Made by a program: the position numbers and the translations under genes. The notes beneath the pieces are model-generated. The model was not told the origin of the DNA. It worked only from the letters and a program-made list of their open reading frames with translations, and searched no databases. DNA of 63,011 nucleotides, counting the filler, from Octopus bimaculoides (taxonomy: Eukaryota): the NCBI RefSeq assembly GCF_001194135.2. It is 6 parts of 5 records of this genome, joined end to end, with 100 filler letters (N's around TTAATTAATTAA, not from the genome) between each part and the next. Parts side by side here need not be neighbours in the genome. Positions count along the whole stretch, not along the records: positions 1 to 13,197 come from NC_068981.1; positions 13,298 to 23,035 come from NC_068996.1; positions 23,136 to 34,867 come from NC_068981.1; 3 more parts are not named here. One strand, given 5' to 3'. Shown here piece after piece: positions 11,915 through 24,636 of the stretch (position 1 is its first letter; the number at the start of each line of letters is the position of its first letter).

Positions 11915-12584
11915 AACACACACATACAGATATACCCACGCACGCACACACATACTTTAATGAGCTATGTATTTATCCGCTAACAACGAGCTTGTGTGCT
12001 GAATTATACTCTGAGGCTTCTAACGCACACACTCGTCCCTACCAATAAACTGGAGGGGAAAGTGAACAATTTAGAAATAAAAACTTAAATAGTATCGATA
12101 CCACGCCCTTCTTTAATTTCGTTAAAAAATATGCCTCTAAAGCAACATTTTTTTAAAGAACGTTCAACAGAAGAAAATGTAAAATGGCGACGTGTAACAT
12201 TGCATACTTATCGTCTGACTCAGTCAATTTATGAGACATTTTTATTTCGTAGGAAAACATATTTTTTTATCAGTTTATATTGGGTTAAGGCATCAGAGTT
12301 AGCAGTTGTATTGTTTGTAATTAGAAATCATAAACAACCCTTTTATTATCAGATCTTGTAAACTTGTATTTTCTCCTTAATTCTGTATACTAGAGTTACA
12401 CGTCATACGACGGGTAACTTTGGAAGTATTCCTTTGCCATGCTGGTTACAATCAGGAAATGTAGCATACATACAATAGCCATAATATAACTCTTATCAGT
12501 TTTCTTGGTGCTTGTACAAAATGAGAAAATGAATGCTAATTTTCAATAGGAAAATAATTAAAGAAAATTCTCGTTTATCTTTTA

Positions 12585-12810
12585 TTTGCTACAGTTATTA
12601 GGTTACGCCATGCTGGAGCAGTTCCTTGAAGAATTTCTTGCCGTATGAATCGACCCAGTACACTTTTTTTTCTTTTAAGTCTGGTACTTATTCTTTTGGA
12701 CTCTTTTGCCGAACCGCTAAGATACGGGAATGTAAACACACCAACACCGGTTGTCATGCATCGGTGAGGGATAAACACAGACAAAGACACACATACACAC
12801 ATATACGAAG
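12585..12810 (-). mobile_element. SINE family B 3' half
   Basis: CCATGCTGGAGCA...GCCGAACCGCTAAG...GATAAACACAGAC. Confidence 0.75.
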
Positions 12811-12914
12811 GGCGTGTATATATATAGTTGAAATTTACAGAAAAACAAAAGACGAAGACAAGTGTATAAATAGAAAACAGGAGTGTTAGTTTAACGCTCA
12901 GGAAGGTGAGAAAG

Positions 12915-12953
12915 TCTTTTACATTTCGAGCCTACGCTCTCCAACAGAAAAGA
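12915..12953 (-). ncRNA. Hammerhead-like motif with altered core
   Basis: Minus: UCUUUU-CUGUUGG-A-GAGC-GUAG-GCUC-GAAA-UGU-A-AAAGA; perfect stem II, ACGU-type palindrome degenerate, core A6 and A9 substituted. Confidence 0.45.
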
Positions 12954-13022
12954 ATAAGAAGAAATAAACAGAGAATAAAAAAAACTTTTGGAGCTAGCGG
13001 TCAGTCATGGTGGAGGGATAAA

Positions 13023-13190
13023 GGCGCAGATGTGGCTGTGTGGTAAGAAGTTTGCTTCCCAAACACCCACATGGTTCCGGGTTCAGATCCACTGCGTGGC
13101 ACCTTAGGCAAGTGTTTTCTACCATAACCTCGAGCCGACCAAAGCCTTATGAGTGAATTAGGTAAATGGAAAATGGAAGAAGTCTATCAT
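13023..13190 (+). mobile_element. SINE family B 5' half
   Basis: GGCGCAGATGTGGCTGTGTGGTAAG...GGTTCCGGGTTCAGATCC...CACCTTAGGCAAGTG. Confidence 0.8.
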
Positions 13191-13297
13191 ATATATANNN
13201 NNNNNNNNNNNNNNNNNNNNNNNNNNNNNNNNNNNNNNNNNTTAATTAATTAANNNNNNNNNNNNNNNNNNNNNNNNNNNNNNNNNNNNNNNNNNNN

Positions 13298-13620
13298 GGC
13301 CCAGTGGTTAGGGCAGCGGACTCGCGGTCGTAGGATTGTGGTTTCGATTTCCAGACCGGGCGTTGAGAGTGTTTATTGAGCGAAAACACCTGAAGCTCGA
13401 CGAGGCTCTGGCAGGGGTGGGGTAGCGAACCCGGCTGCACTCTTTTACCACAACTTTCATTCTTCCTTCCTGTTTCTGTTGTACTTGTATTTCAAAGGAC
13501 CAGACTTGTCACACTCTGTGTCATGCTGACTCTCCCCGAGTACTACGTTAATTTCACGAGCAGGCTGTTCCGTTGATCAGATCAACTGAAACTCTTGTTG
13601 TCGTAAGAGACGGAGTGCCA
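13298..13620 (+). mobile_element. SINE family C, second copy with deletions
   Basis: Colinear with 3547-3938. Confidence 0.8.
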
Positions 13621-13626
13621 CTATGA

Positions 13627-13662
<36 letters not shown>

Positions 13663-13789
13663 AATCTTGGTTGTATTAATATGGCTTGTCGGCTATTTTT
13701 CAAATATTAAATTAGGACATAAAGGGTTTATATTACAAGTAATTAAAATATACCTGAAAAATAATTGAATAATTAAAAATTATTTAAAG

Positions 13790-15442
13790 AAGTATTCAAA
13801 ACAAAAATTTTTGAATAATGAATATTCAAAAAGATGACAAGGTTGTTCAAGTCATGCCACTCAGTAACAATACTGTTAGTAGAAGAATAGATGAAATGAG
13901 TGAAGATATTGTAACACTACTCGTTGAAAAGCTGAAATCAAGAAAATTCTCGTTACAGATGGATGAATCAACCCTAAGAGACAGCGTGGTCATATTGCTC
14001 ACCTATGCAAGATATATTGATAAAGGCGAATTTGATGAAGGAATGATATTCTGAAAATCAATACAATCCACCACTACCGCCACTGATATATATAAGATAA
14101 GCTAAAAAATCACTTGGATGTCAACAATATACCAATAGAGAACATAACCTCTTTTGCTGCAGATGGGCAAGTAAAAAGGCTGCTTAAAATTGATGAAAGG
14201 TGAGAATCCAGAATTGCTTCTTGTGCACTGTTATTCATAGAGAGAACGTAGTATCCAAAAATATGTCTCCTGTTCTCAATGAGTTACCAAAATCAGTTAT
14301 AAAATGTATCAATGCTATCAAAGCTAATGCCATATGTGAGCGTTTTCTCAAGCAGTTTTGTGAAAATGCAGACTATGGTAAGGTGGCCCTCAAAGGGGAA
14401 TTGCTTGAAAAGATTTATGGAACTATTTGATGTTGTTAGTGACTTTTTAAGTGACAAATCCTGAAATGAAACATCTGCTAACCGTTGATGGTAAAACATT
14501 TATAAGTTATTTAACAGATATCTTTGAAAAACTGAATATGTTAAATAAGCAACTTCAAGGATCAAATACTACTCTTGTTGATGCAAAGACGAAGACATTT
14601 GGCTTTGTTACATTCATTGAGGTATGTCAAAAAGATATTTTGACAAAATGTTTTGTCCAGTTTCATTGGCTAAAAAAATGTGAGGTGACCGATGCTGCTG
14701 CGCTTGTCATTGTGGATGATCTGAAAATATTGACCTCTGATTTGAAAGGAAGATTTTCTCATTGATTTAAAACAAGTTGATTTTCTACCATGGGTGATGC
14801 AACCAATGCTAGTGGTTATATTTGATTTTTTCGATGCAGTACCAAGAAGAACTCTCAGAAATGCAAAATAATGAGTCAGTTAAAACTTTATTCAATATAA
14901 AAGGAGTGATGTCATGGCTTTGTGATGAAACAGAAACCAAATACCCAAATTCAGCCAACTTCGCAAGAAAATTGTTGTTACCGTTCCCATCTTCATATCT
15001 AGTCGAATGTGACTTAAGTGCTGTAAATGATTTGTTATTGAAGAAAAGAAATCAGCTGGATATCACTAAAGGAGGAGACTTGAGACTAAAGCTGAGACTA
15101 AATTGGTACCTAATATAAAATTTCTCAGTAGCAGGCATGAAGCACAAGGATCTCAGTAACTTTAGTTTGCTTATTTTATATTCAAATATTTTATATTTCT
15201 GCATTTCAGTTCTCCATTAATGTTTTTGAAACTTTATTTAACTGTCCTTCCGTTTCTTTTTCTTTTTCTCTTTCATGAATGCCATGTTCTTTGGAAGCTT
15301 GTTTAGGGTCCAAGTTAATATCCTTTTAAGCTTCCTCCAAGTAAATAGAATTAAAATTTTGAATAACAAAACTATCACAAGGGGCATAAGAATTTTATAT
15401 ATGATTTGGCGGGGCATGGCCAGAAATCGGTGGGAACCACTG
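13790..15442 (+). mobile_element. hAT (Buster/Charlie-like) DNA transposon, 5'-truncated, transposase pseudogene
   Basis: Broken frames PLSNNTVSRRIDEMSED..FSLQMDEST, VIHRE and FPSSYLVEC..RNQLD..GDLRLKL (hAT dimerisation domain); right TIR GGGAACCACTG ends at 15442. Confidence 0.88.
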
Positions 15443-16054
15443 CCATAATGTATATTTTCGAATTATATTTATTTTGACATCCAGATGATGATTGACACAT
15501 AATGTGTTTCGCTAGTTGGACATGTCTACGTCGGTCCCGATATCTTAATGTGTGACTGTGTGAATGTCGGTAATGTATACCGAAGATCTGTTTCAGTGTG
15601 ATAAATAAATTTGTCACTCACTCTCTCTCTCTCCCCTTCTCTCTCTTTCTTTCTCTCTCACACACACGGACACATACATTTCTATATATTCACGCGCGCG
15701 CACAAGCACACACAAACACGCACAAAAGCACACATATACAAACACATACAAAAGCACACTCACACACACACAAAAACATACTCACATTCGCACACACACA
15801 CACACACAAAGACCTCTCTCCTATATGTTCTATTTAACATTTTTATTCGTTTATCTGTTTGACTCTAGACAGCCGCCATATTTGGCCAATGCCGTGTACG
15901 ATTTTAAAAATTTATTCTGGTACTTATTTTGTCTGCCTCTATTTGGCCAAATCGGTAAATGACAAGGACATAAATATATAAACGCCAGTTGCCAAGCGGT
16001 GTCACGTAAAATCAAGCGAACATACGCGCACAAACATATTCATAGATCTTCGTT

Positions 16055-16095
<41 letters not shown>

Positions 16096-16394
16096 CAATT
16101 AGTGAATAACAAATGAATAGGAGTTACGTTATGTGTTTCATTAACTCCCTGCCTTTCACGCTATAAGAAACAGTGCACTTGAAGCTGCATGTTTGTGCAA
16201 CCTCTTATAACTACCTCGGATCCACATATATATGCGATGATCTTCTGCACAATTTTCCTCTACAGAATTCACTCATGCACATTGTTTAACCCAGATCTAT
16301 TGAAGAAGACACGTTCCCAAGGATCCATACATTGTGACTGAGCCGGAAAACGCATTTGCCATCTTTATTGGACTTACTAACCGCATACATACAT

Positions 16395-16494
<100 letters not shown>

Positions 16495-16580
16495 GCATAT
16501 ATAAATTGTTAAAGAGTACAACAATCATTAAGGCAAACATCTCAAGTCGTATACAATATTATTATAGGAAAAAATTCAAA

Positions 16581-16636
16581 GTCTTACAGCTGTTTCTGAG
16601 ATATCCCCAAGTATGGGATATTTCGTCATCAGAGAC
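16581..16636 (-). ncRNA. Minimal type-I hammerhead ribozyme in a solo Penelope-type pLTR
   Basis: Minus: GUCU-CUGAUGA-C-GAAAUAUCCC-AUACUUG-GGGAUAUCUC-A-GAAA-CAGCUGU-A-AGAC; intact core, 4-bp stem I, palindromic stem III ACAGCUGU, GUA site. Confidence 0.8.
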
Positions 16637-16778
16637 AAATAGAGAAAAATAGGGAAAAGGAGACTGGTATATATCAATGAGATGATGACACAGAGAAAGG
16701 GAGTGAAAGAATAAGGAGATGGAAAGAAAAATGAAGCATAAAAGTTCATAGTTCAACTTTCCACAGTTATAGAAACAA

Positions 16779-16930
16779 GAGCGAAAGTCCTAAGGTGCAA
16801 TTCTACGTAGATCCATGAGCGAAAGTTCTAAGGTGCAATCCTGCGTAGATCCATCAGCGTAAGTCTTTAGGTGCAATCCTGCGTAGATCCATGAGCGTAA
16901 GTCCTAAGGTGCAATCCTGCGTAAATTCAT
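16779..16930. repeat. 38-bp minisatellite x4
   Basis: Units start at 16779, 16817, 16855, 16893; consensus GAGCG(A/T)AAGTCCTAAGGTGCAATCCTGCGTAGATCCAT; no spacers. Confidence 0.95.
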
Positions 16931-17130
16931 GTTGTATCATTCCATCGACGTACGATATAACGGGATAATAATAACGTCCTCGCAGATCGTTCTACTCAAG
17001 ATACACAATACTTGTAATTACACTAAAAAAAAATGCAAATTTCGGCTTTACACAGCTCTCCCCAAACTCTCTGCTCATGTCCATTTATATTGTGCCAACC
17101 AAATAGTGTTCTACTTCCTTCCACACAACA
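16930..17130 (-). mobile_element. 3' LTR (201 bp) of the Gypsy element
   Basis: Termini TGTTGT...ACAACA (6-bp inverted repeat); on the minus strand preceded directly by purine tract ...GGGAGG. Confidence 0.65.
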
Positions 17131-20100
17131 CCTCCCAATTTTGAGACTGGCTTTGTCCTTTTTTTTTTCATTTATTTATTTATTCTTTTATTTTTATCAT
17201 AATTTTATTTCCTGGCATATCTTTTTCTCTTGGCTTTAATTTCCATCATCTCTGTATGTTTTCTTTTCCTTTTCGCCCTATGTGTCGGTTCTGCTTTCAC
17301 TTGCGGTTCTGGGACCTCGAACATGTCATACTACATATCCATTGACTCATCTGGCCTTTCTTGATTTTTGGTATATCTTTTCTTTAATTGGTTGAAATGC
17401 CTTTTATGTTCATATTTTGGTCCTTTTACCATGTACACCACATTACCCAGACGTCCAGTTATATTACCTTCTTCCCAGTCCTGTTTTCCGTTTTCATATA
17501 TTTATAATACACTTCGTCACCTGTGTTAAAAAAATTCATTCTACTTCGCGCATTTTGTATTTTCCGTTACCTACTCGGCAACAGTTTGTCAAACACAGAA
17601 CATCAAATCTGCAGGTGATCTACCCGACTCTGTATTTGGATTCGGTGTTATTGTGTACACCAGTAAGAACTTTGTCATATTTCTATCTTCAAAAGCTTCC
17701 TGTCTGGTCTTTCTTAAGGCTCTCTTGAATGTGTCGGCGAATCTTTCCGCTAACCCATTTGGCATTGGTTGGTATGCGAAGTTAAAACATGCTTCATCTG
17801 GACTGACTTACAAAATTTTTCGAACTCCCTCGTCGTGAATTCTGTGCCATTATCTGACACGATCATATCTGGCACTCAATAACGAGCGATCAATTCTTCC
17901 AAGATCAATAGTCACATTTGTGGTTGGCCTTGAACATTTATACACTTCAAGCCATTTAGAATAGCTATCCACCACGATGATATAATAAGAGCCATTTAAT
18001 GGTCCTGCGAAATCCGCATGCAATCTAGACCATGCTGAATCCGTTTTTAGTCACGGTTGTATCTGCACTGGGGGCGTCTTTGCTGCCATAACGCATCCCC
18101 TACATTGTTTTACCAGTCTCTCAATTTGTACATATTTGGGCAATACACGTAACTCCTCATGAGGCTTTTCATCCGGGTAATCCCCGGATGTCCTACATGG
18201 AAGTCTTTCAATAGTCTGTTTTGCAGTACTTCGGGTATTACCTCCCTTTGTGCATATAATGATACAGCATCACATTCTGAATAATGCTTTGAACCTGCGT
18301 TCCGCTCATTTATATTATTTTTCGAATTATTTTCCAACAGTATTTTTAAAATTCTTGTTTATGAACATATCTTTTTCCGATTTCAATTTAATTTCTTTCA
18401 GCGTTACCGGCAAATCACGCACTACATTGCACAAAATGTTCTTCAGTTCCATTTCTAGTTTTAACGATGCAATCACCGTGTCTTCAAAAAGTTCTTTAAA
18501 AATTGGAATTAGCCTAGACAACCCATCTGCTTGTCCCATTGTCTTTGCTGAGTGCGTGGGGAGACCCTTTTTCGAACCGAAAATAGAAGGTACAGTCGGT
18601 GATCAGTTTGCAGTGTTAACTTCCTACCGTGTGGGAATTTATGGAATCTCTTTACTGTGAAAATTAATGATAAAGCCTCCTTTTCGATCTGGCTGTAGTT
18701 TTTTTTCTGCTACTAGGAGAGCTCTTGGTACATGTGCAATAGCTTCGATTTTACCATCATTAAATTTATGCAATATTTCAGCTATATCATATTCACTGGC
18801 ATCTGATGTCACAATTATTTTCAGGTTTGGGTTGAAATGAGTTAATGATAACTGATGTTAGCCTCTTTTTAAATTCCTCCAATGCTTTCTGACATTCGTT
18901 TGTCCAGTCCCATTTCGTGTCTTTCTTTAACAAATTATTCAACGGAGCTCTTGGCTCATACATTTTAGGTATGTACAACTGATAATAACTTATACCAGAC
19001 CTAAAAATGCTTGTAATGTTGTTTTGTTAGTGGGAACAGGCATATTTCTTATCACGTTGACCCTAGCGGGGTCCGGTTTCGTCCGTTTTCATCGACTACC
19101 TGTCTACATTATTTAGGTTTAAAAAACAATCGCATTTATTTTCACTTAATTTAAATCCATAGTTACTTATTCCTTTAAAGAAATTGTTTTTACATGTTCA
19201 ATATGCTGGTCTTTCGGTTCACTTTTGATCAATATGTTATTCAAGTATGGGAAGGCAAACTCACAGTCTGCTAGCATAATCTTCATTACTTGCTGAAATA
19301 TTGCTGGTGCGACCTTAACCCCAAATGGTAGTCTTTAAAACACTACAGAGCTTTATGAGTATTAATTGTTGCACTTTAGCACATTCCTCATCTACCAGTA
19401 ATTGGAGGTAGACCTCTGACAAATCCAGCTCGAAAAAAATTTTCCCACCATTGCACTTAGCAAATACTTCTTCTGGGCTTGGAAGCGGATAGTTGTAACT
19501 TTTTAAACAATCATTAAGACCTGTTGAAAAGTCCGCACATACTCTTATTTTGTTGTGTTTCTTTTTTATATATACAGTAGGAACCGCCCACTCTGTATAT
19601 TTTTCAATTACCTCCACGTCTTCCAATCTTTTTAGTTATTTCTCAACTTGATTTAATGCCTCAAAAGGCACATTCCTTTTCAGTTTGAACACCGGCACCG
19701 CATTTTCTTTCAACTCAAACTTTACTTTGGTTTTTTACACGTTCCAAGTTTCTTCGAGAATACTTCAGGTTAAATCTTTAATTTTGATTTTAATTTCAAT
19801 TTTTCCTACGCATTATCTGACATGGACTGTGACACATTCACCATATTACATAATGTATTCAATGGTAGATCTCACAGGCCAATTTCTTCCATTAAATCTG
19901 TACCGAACAGATTCATTGTATTTTTAGACACCATTATTCTACTTTTCCGAGTCATTTCTTTAAGTTATATTTCTGGCCAAATTTCGCACAAGAATTGAAC
20001 TTGTTTCCCTGATACACCGTGAGCTATCTTAGTAGTATACCGGCCTCCCTATATTAATCTATGTTGCCGTATTAATTATCGATACGACTGAACGGGTAAC

Positions 20101-20801
20101 AAATTGCATTTTCATCTGAAAAACCATTTAGTTCTACTGACACAAATTTTCGGTTTTCTTATGGTATAATTTATTTCTGTTGAGTAGACTTTCTTCGGTT
20201 TCTCATGCTTTACGTTTTTCTTCAACCAGCATTTTGACTGGCTATGCACAATTTAACTGCACTTAAATTTTTTTTTATCTTTAAAGGGGCATTCTTTCTT
20301 AAAATGCAGGTCTCCGCAACCATAACACAGTTTTGGAATTATCTGTCTTTTTTATTTCAAGAGTTTCTTTACATGGTTGTACATTATTATCATTATTATT
20401 ATTATTGTTCAGTAGTTTTATTTTTATAACGTGCTTTCACTTCATTACCGAGCGCAGCTCTGTGCGCCTTGGGTATGTGCTGTGTATTTGCTGTGGTGTT
20501 CTTATGGTTACTGTATTGAAAGTGTTTTGCGTAGGATGTGTGCAGTGCCCAGTAGTGCAATTTTCTGTATGTTATATATATTTGTAAGTCCTGGTGTTTT
20601 TGTTATGTATTTGTCTGAATATTTTTTTATTATACCTAAGGCACCTACTATGATAGGAATTGTTTCTGTTTTTAGATTCCACATTCGAGTTATCTCTATT
20701 TCCAGGTCTTTGTATTTTGAAAGTTTTTCCATTTCTTTTAGAGAAACGTTGTCATCTGCTGGATACATCAATTAGAAAGCATTTTTTTCTCCCCACCAGA
20801 A

Positions 20802-20852
<51 letters not shown>

Positions 20853-21056
20853 GTTATTGTGTTCTATTTTTCTTGTATCTTCTCGAAGGTTTATTATTTG
20901 TTGGCATTCCACAGCCACTTTCTGTAAGATTAATTCAACATCTTGGTTCAACCTTGATAATATTCTTTTTCTAATTTCCGCGTCTTCCGTTGCCACAAGC
21001 CCTTCAACGAGAAAAATAGAGAAAATGAGACTGGTATATATTAATGAGATGATGAC
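17131..21056 (-). mobile_element. Ty3/Gypsy (K02A2.6/Mag-like) gag-pol, decayed
   Basis: Minus: gag (GLVATEDAEIRKRILSRL), zinc knuckle CYGCGDLH, RT (WAVPTV..KIRVCADFSTGLN..YPLPSPEE..LDLS), RNase H, integrase (FHVGHPGITRMK; HADFAGP; NGLAERF); many frameshifts. Confidence 0.92.
20407..20800 (-). mobile_element. 5'-truncated Dong/R4-like RLE non-LTR retrotransposon nested in Gypsy gag
   Basis: ...PADDNVSLKEMEKLSKYKDLEIEITRMWNLKTETIPIIVGALG...IALLGTAHILRKTL; (TAA)n on both sides (20383-20406, 20802-20858). Confidence 0.8.
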
Positions 21057-21349
21057 NNNNNNNNNNNNNNNNNNNNNNNNNNNNNNNNNNNNNNNNNNNN
21101 NNNNNNNNNNNNNNNNNNNNNNNNNNNNNNNNNNNNNNNNNNNNNNNNNNNNNNNNNNNNNNNNNNNNNNNNNNNNNNNNNNNNNNNNNNNNNNNNNNNN
21201 NNNNNNNNNNNNNNNNNNNNNNNNNNNNNNNNNNNNNNNNNNNNNNNNNNNNNNNNNNNNNNNNNNNNNNNNNNNNNNNNNNNNNNNNNNNNNNNNNNNN
21301 NNNNNNNNNNNNNNNATATATATATATATATATATACACATATATAGAT

Positions 21350-21727
21350 ATTAAAGATGAATAAAAATGAAAATACTACTTTAAAAAAATTTTTGGCGGG
21401 TATTTTAATTAATTTACATTACATGTTTCTTTTTTCTTGAAAAACCTTATCAAAAATGAGTATAAAATATGTGAGAAGAGAAGAGAGCTATTAATAAAAT
21501 AAAATAGAAATTAAAATTAAGAATGACATTCATAGTTTACTGTTATTTCTTGCATGCGTACGTGGTCCTTTCGTTTCGTTCTGAAAGCATGGTAATTCCA
21601 ACTCGCTGTGATAGTAGATTACTACTATGTTTTTGTAAATTAAATAGTAGTCCAGTCTTTTTTTGTAGGTGTGGTTATAGCCGTTGAATAACTAGCAGCA
21701 GTAATGATAATAACAATAGTAGTAGTT

Positions 21728-21768
<41 letters not shown>

Positions 21769-22370
21769 TGTAGTTGTAGGAGTCGTCGTGGTGAAGTTGT
21801 TCCCCTATGGTTTTAATAGAAATCGGGTTCTTCGATCTCCTTTGTTAATTTCTTATGAATATCTTGCAAATCCACATATAAATATATAAAAATATATATG
21901 AAAGTCTCAGTGTTGCTAGTTTAGAGAATTTAGAATTGGTCGGTATTTTCTTATGAAAAGTATTTCCTTGCTAATGCGTTCATTTTGGCTAGCATTGTCT
22001 TTAAATTTGTATAGTGGAAACGTTGTGAATTTGGGAAATTTGTTGTAAGTACATTCGTCGATGTGCTGACTGAGAGGTATTTTCCTGTTTTCCGGGATAT
22101 TAATTTGGGATTTGTGTACCGCCATTCTCTGACGTAGGCTGTTGTTAGTGTGTCCAATATACTGCCGTTTGCATCCAGAGCATGTAATTAGGTAGATCAA
22201 GTTCTCCGATGCACATGTAAAATTAGTTTTTATTATGAACTTATGGTCTTGTTCTAATCGATGTTCCGATCCTTCTATTACGTTGACACAAATCCCACAG
22301 TTGGGTCTCCCGCATTTTTTTTTACTGTGTGTTTAGTGCTTATTGTTTTCTTCGACATAAGTTGGTTTCT
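21350..22370 (-). mobile_element. Penelope-like element 3' part (GIY-YIG endonuclease plus UTR), Neptune-like
   Basis: CGRPNCGIC...FTCASENLIYLITCSGCKRQYIGHT..LRQRMAVH...KYRPILN; UTR similar to 30165-30585. Confidence 0.82.
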
Positions 22371-22384
22371 ACATATATATGTAT

Positions 22385-23030
22385 ATGTACGAGATAGTAT
22401 CGAAAAGTTCCTGGATTAGACATATTTAATTAAAGATAACTTATTTACCTAAATTTGAATATCATCTCCTTCGAAATAGTCATCCTGCGCAGCAATACAC
22501 TGGTTTCAGCGTTCCTGCCACTTTTGGAATCTGATCTGGAAGTCGTTTCTTGTAAGCAAGTCGAGGATCTTTTGCGATTCGTTCTTGATCTCGACAACGG
22601 TGACATTTCAGTTGCCTTTTCATCTTGGGGAAGAGACGGAAGTCCGCGAGAAACTCACGAGTGAGGAGAGCTCGGTGACCGGGTGCATTGTCATCGTAAA
22701 GAATCCAATTCTTCGCACTCCTCAGATCCAGTCACTTCAACCGAATGTCTTCCCTCAAACGCTTCAAAACATCGCAGTAGAACTCTCGATTAACGGTCTG
22801 ACTCTGGGGGACGAATTTTCTATGCACAATACCGCGAATGTCCAAAACAACGACGCCAAAAATTTCACGTTGGCTCTTTGTTCCAACTTCTTATCCATGA
22901 CAAAATTTCAGACTACAGCATACATGTGATGACAACAACACAAATTTACAACTTGAGAAGTAAGCACAGCGATATCATTCGGCACACTGCTTCGTGAAGG
23001 TCACTGCTATCTTTCACTGTGCACAAAACT
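22385..23030 (-). mobile_element. Internally deleted mariner
   Basis: TIR-like TACGAGATAGTATCGAAAAGTTCC; minus MDKKLEQRANVKF fused to FLDIRGIVH..QTVNREFYCDVLKRL and DDNAPGH. Confidence 0.7.
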
Positions 23031-23157
23031 GTATANNNNNNNNNNNNNNNNNNNNNNNNNNNNNNNNNNNNNNNNNNNNTTAATTAATTAANNNNNNNNN
23101 NNNNNNNNNNNNNNNNNNNNNNNNNNNNNNNNNNNTAAACGATGATGATGATGATGA

Positions 23158-23254
<97 letters not shown>

Positions 23255-23319
23255 CAAACATGTATATACAAACATATGTGTATATATATATATATATATA
23301 CACACACATATATATATAT

Positions 23320-23780
23320 ATTCTTTCATTCTTTTATTTGTTTCAATCATTTGACTATGGCCATGTTGAAGCACTACATTTAGTCAAACAAATCAATCCC
23401 AGGACTTAGTCTTTGTAAGCCTAGTACTTATTCTATTGGTCCTGTTTTGCTAAACTGTTAGGTTACAGGGAAGTAAACAAACCAACATCAGTTGTCAAGC
23501 GATGGTTGGGGGACAAACAGATACACAAATACATACATACACTCATATATATAAATATATATAACCCATGCTAGCATGGAAAGCGGACGTTAAACGATAT
23601 ATATATATATATATATATATCCATATACCCGACAGGCTTCTGTCAATTTCCATCTACCAAATCCACTCACAAGGCTTTGGTCAGCCCGAGGTTATAGAAG
23701 ACATTGCCCAAGATGTCATGCAGTGGGACTGAAGCTGGGAACATTTGGTTGGTAAATAAGCTACTTACCACACAGCCATA
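23320..23780 (-). mobile_element. SINE family B, diverged full length
   Basis: Colinear with 49110-49530. Confidence 0.75.
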
Positions 23781-23971
23781 CATATATACATACACACACA
23801 CACACACACACATATATATATCAAGGGTATGAAAGGTATTAGTGTCAGGAGGACCAAAAAGGTATCGGGTAAATGCTAAGTAAGTGCTATGGATAGACCA
23901 TGCTTAAACTCCAGGCTCGATAATGATACGAGTGAAGAGTCCAACGTGGGTCATGTATTAGCATGCATATA

Positions 23972-24636
23972 TATAAATTGACATAATGAGATAATAAACC
24001 TAGGCAGTAAATAGATTTCATAACATTTATCAAGAAAAGCTCTTACAGCTGTTTCTGGGATATTTTATATATCCCGTCATCAGAGATGGTGCGAGAAAAT
24101 GTTTGAGTATTAATTATTGTAGAGAAGATATGAAATACAGAGGGAAGTAAGAGAATGAATATAGAAGTGAGATACATAAGGATATTATATTTGCAGTTCC
24201 AGTGTTAAAGTAGAATGTGTATATAAGTGGTGAAAAATTTTTTTTGGTGAAGAAATTTTCTTGTAGCTGGTGTGTGAGTTCCAATGGTGTTTATATTTGA
24301 TCATTCCAAGCATAGAGTCTTGTAAACAGTGTTGGTCGATCAAGGGTTTTTTTTAGTGTGAATTAAAATGTGTTGGTAGTGTTAATGGATAGAGGGAGGA
24401 GAGATGTGTATGAGTAGAAAGAGGAGATAGGTCAAATCAAAAACAAGGAGAATGGGAGGGAAAAAGAGAAGCAAAAGGGCAGGAGACAGAAAGAAATGAA
24501 GACAGGGAATGAAATGAGAGAGGGTGTGTTAGCTAGTGGTCAGAATAAAGTGACAGGAGGATGTGAAGGTTAGAGGGAGAAAGAGGAAGAGATGAGAGGG
24601 TAAGGAGTAAAAGAGTGTGAGATATGTGAGTAGGGG
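23972..24636 (-). repeat. Inverted 5' pLTR of Penelope-like element
   Basis: Reverse complement of 28014-28666 (e.g. TAAGGAGTAAAAGAGTGTGAGATATGTGAGTAGGG vs CCCTACTCACATATCTCACACTCTTTTATTCCTTA). Confidence 0.85.
24041..24086 (-). ncRNA. Minimal type-I hammerhead ribozyme
   Basis: Minus: UCU-CUGAUGA-C-GGGAUAU-AUAAA-AUAUCCC-A-GAAA-CAGCUGU-A-AGA; perfect 7-bp stem II. Confidence 0.82.

Noticed and set aside
13242-13253. TTAATTAATTAA islands inside N-runs (also 23080, 34912, 55188, 60928)
   Set aside because: Identical palindromic 12-mer with stops in all six frames, always centred in gaps: an assembly linker, not biology.
16779-16930. 38-bp repeat as a CRISPR array
   Set aside because: Units are contiguous with no spacers, no cas genes are present, and the context is eukaryotic.
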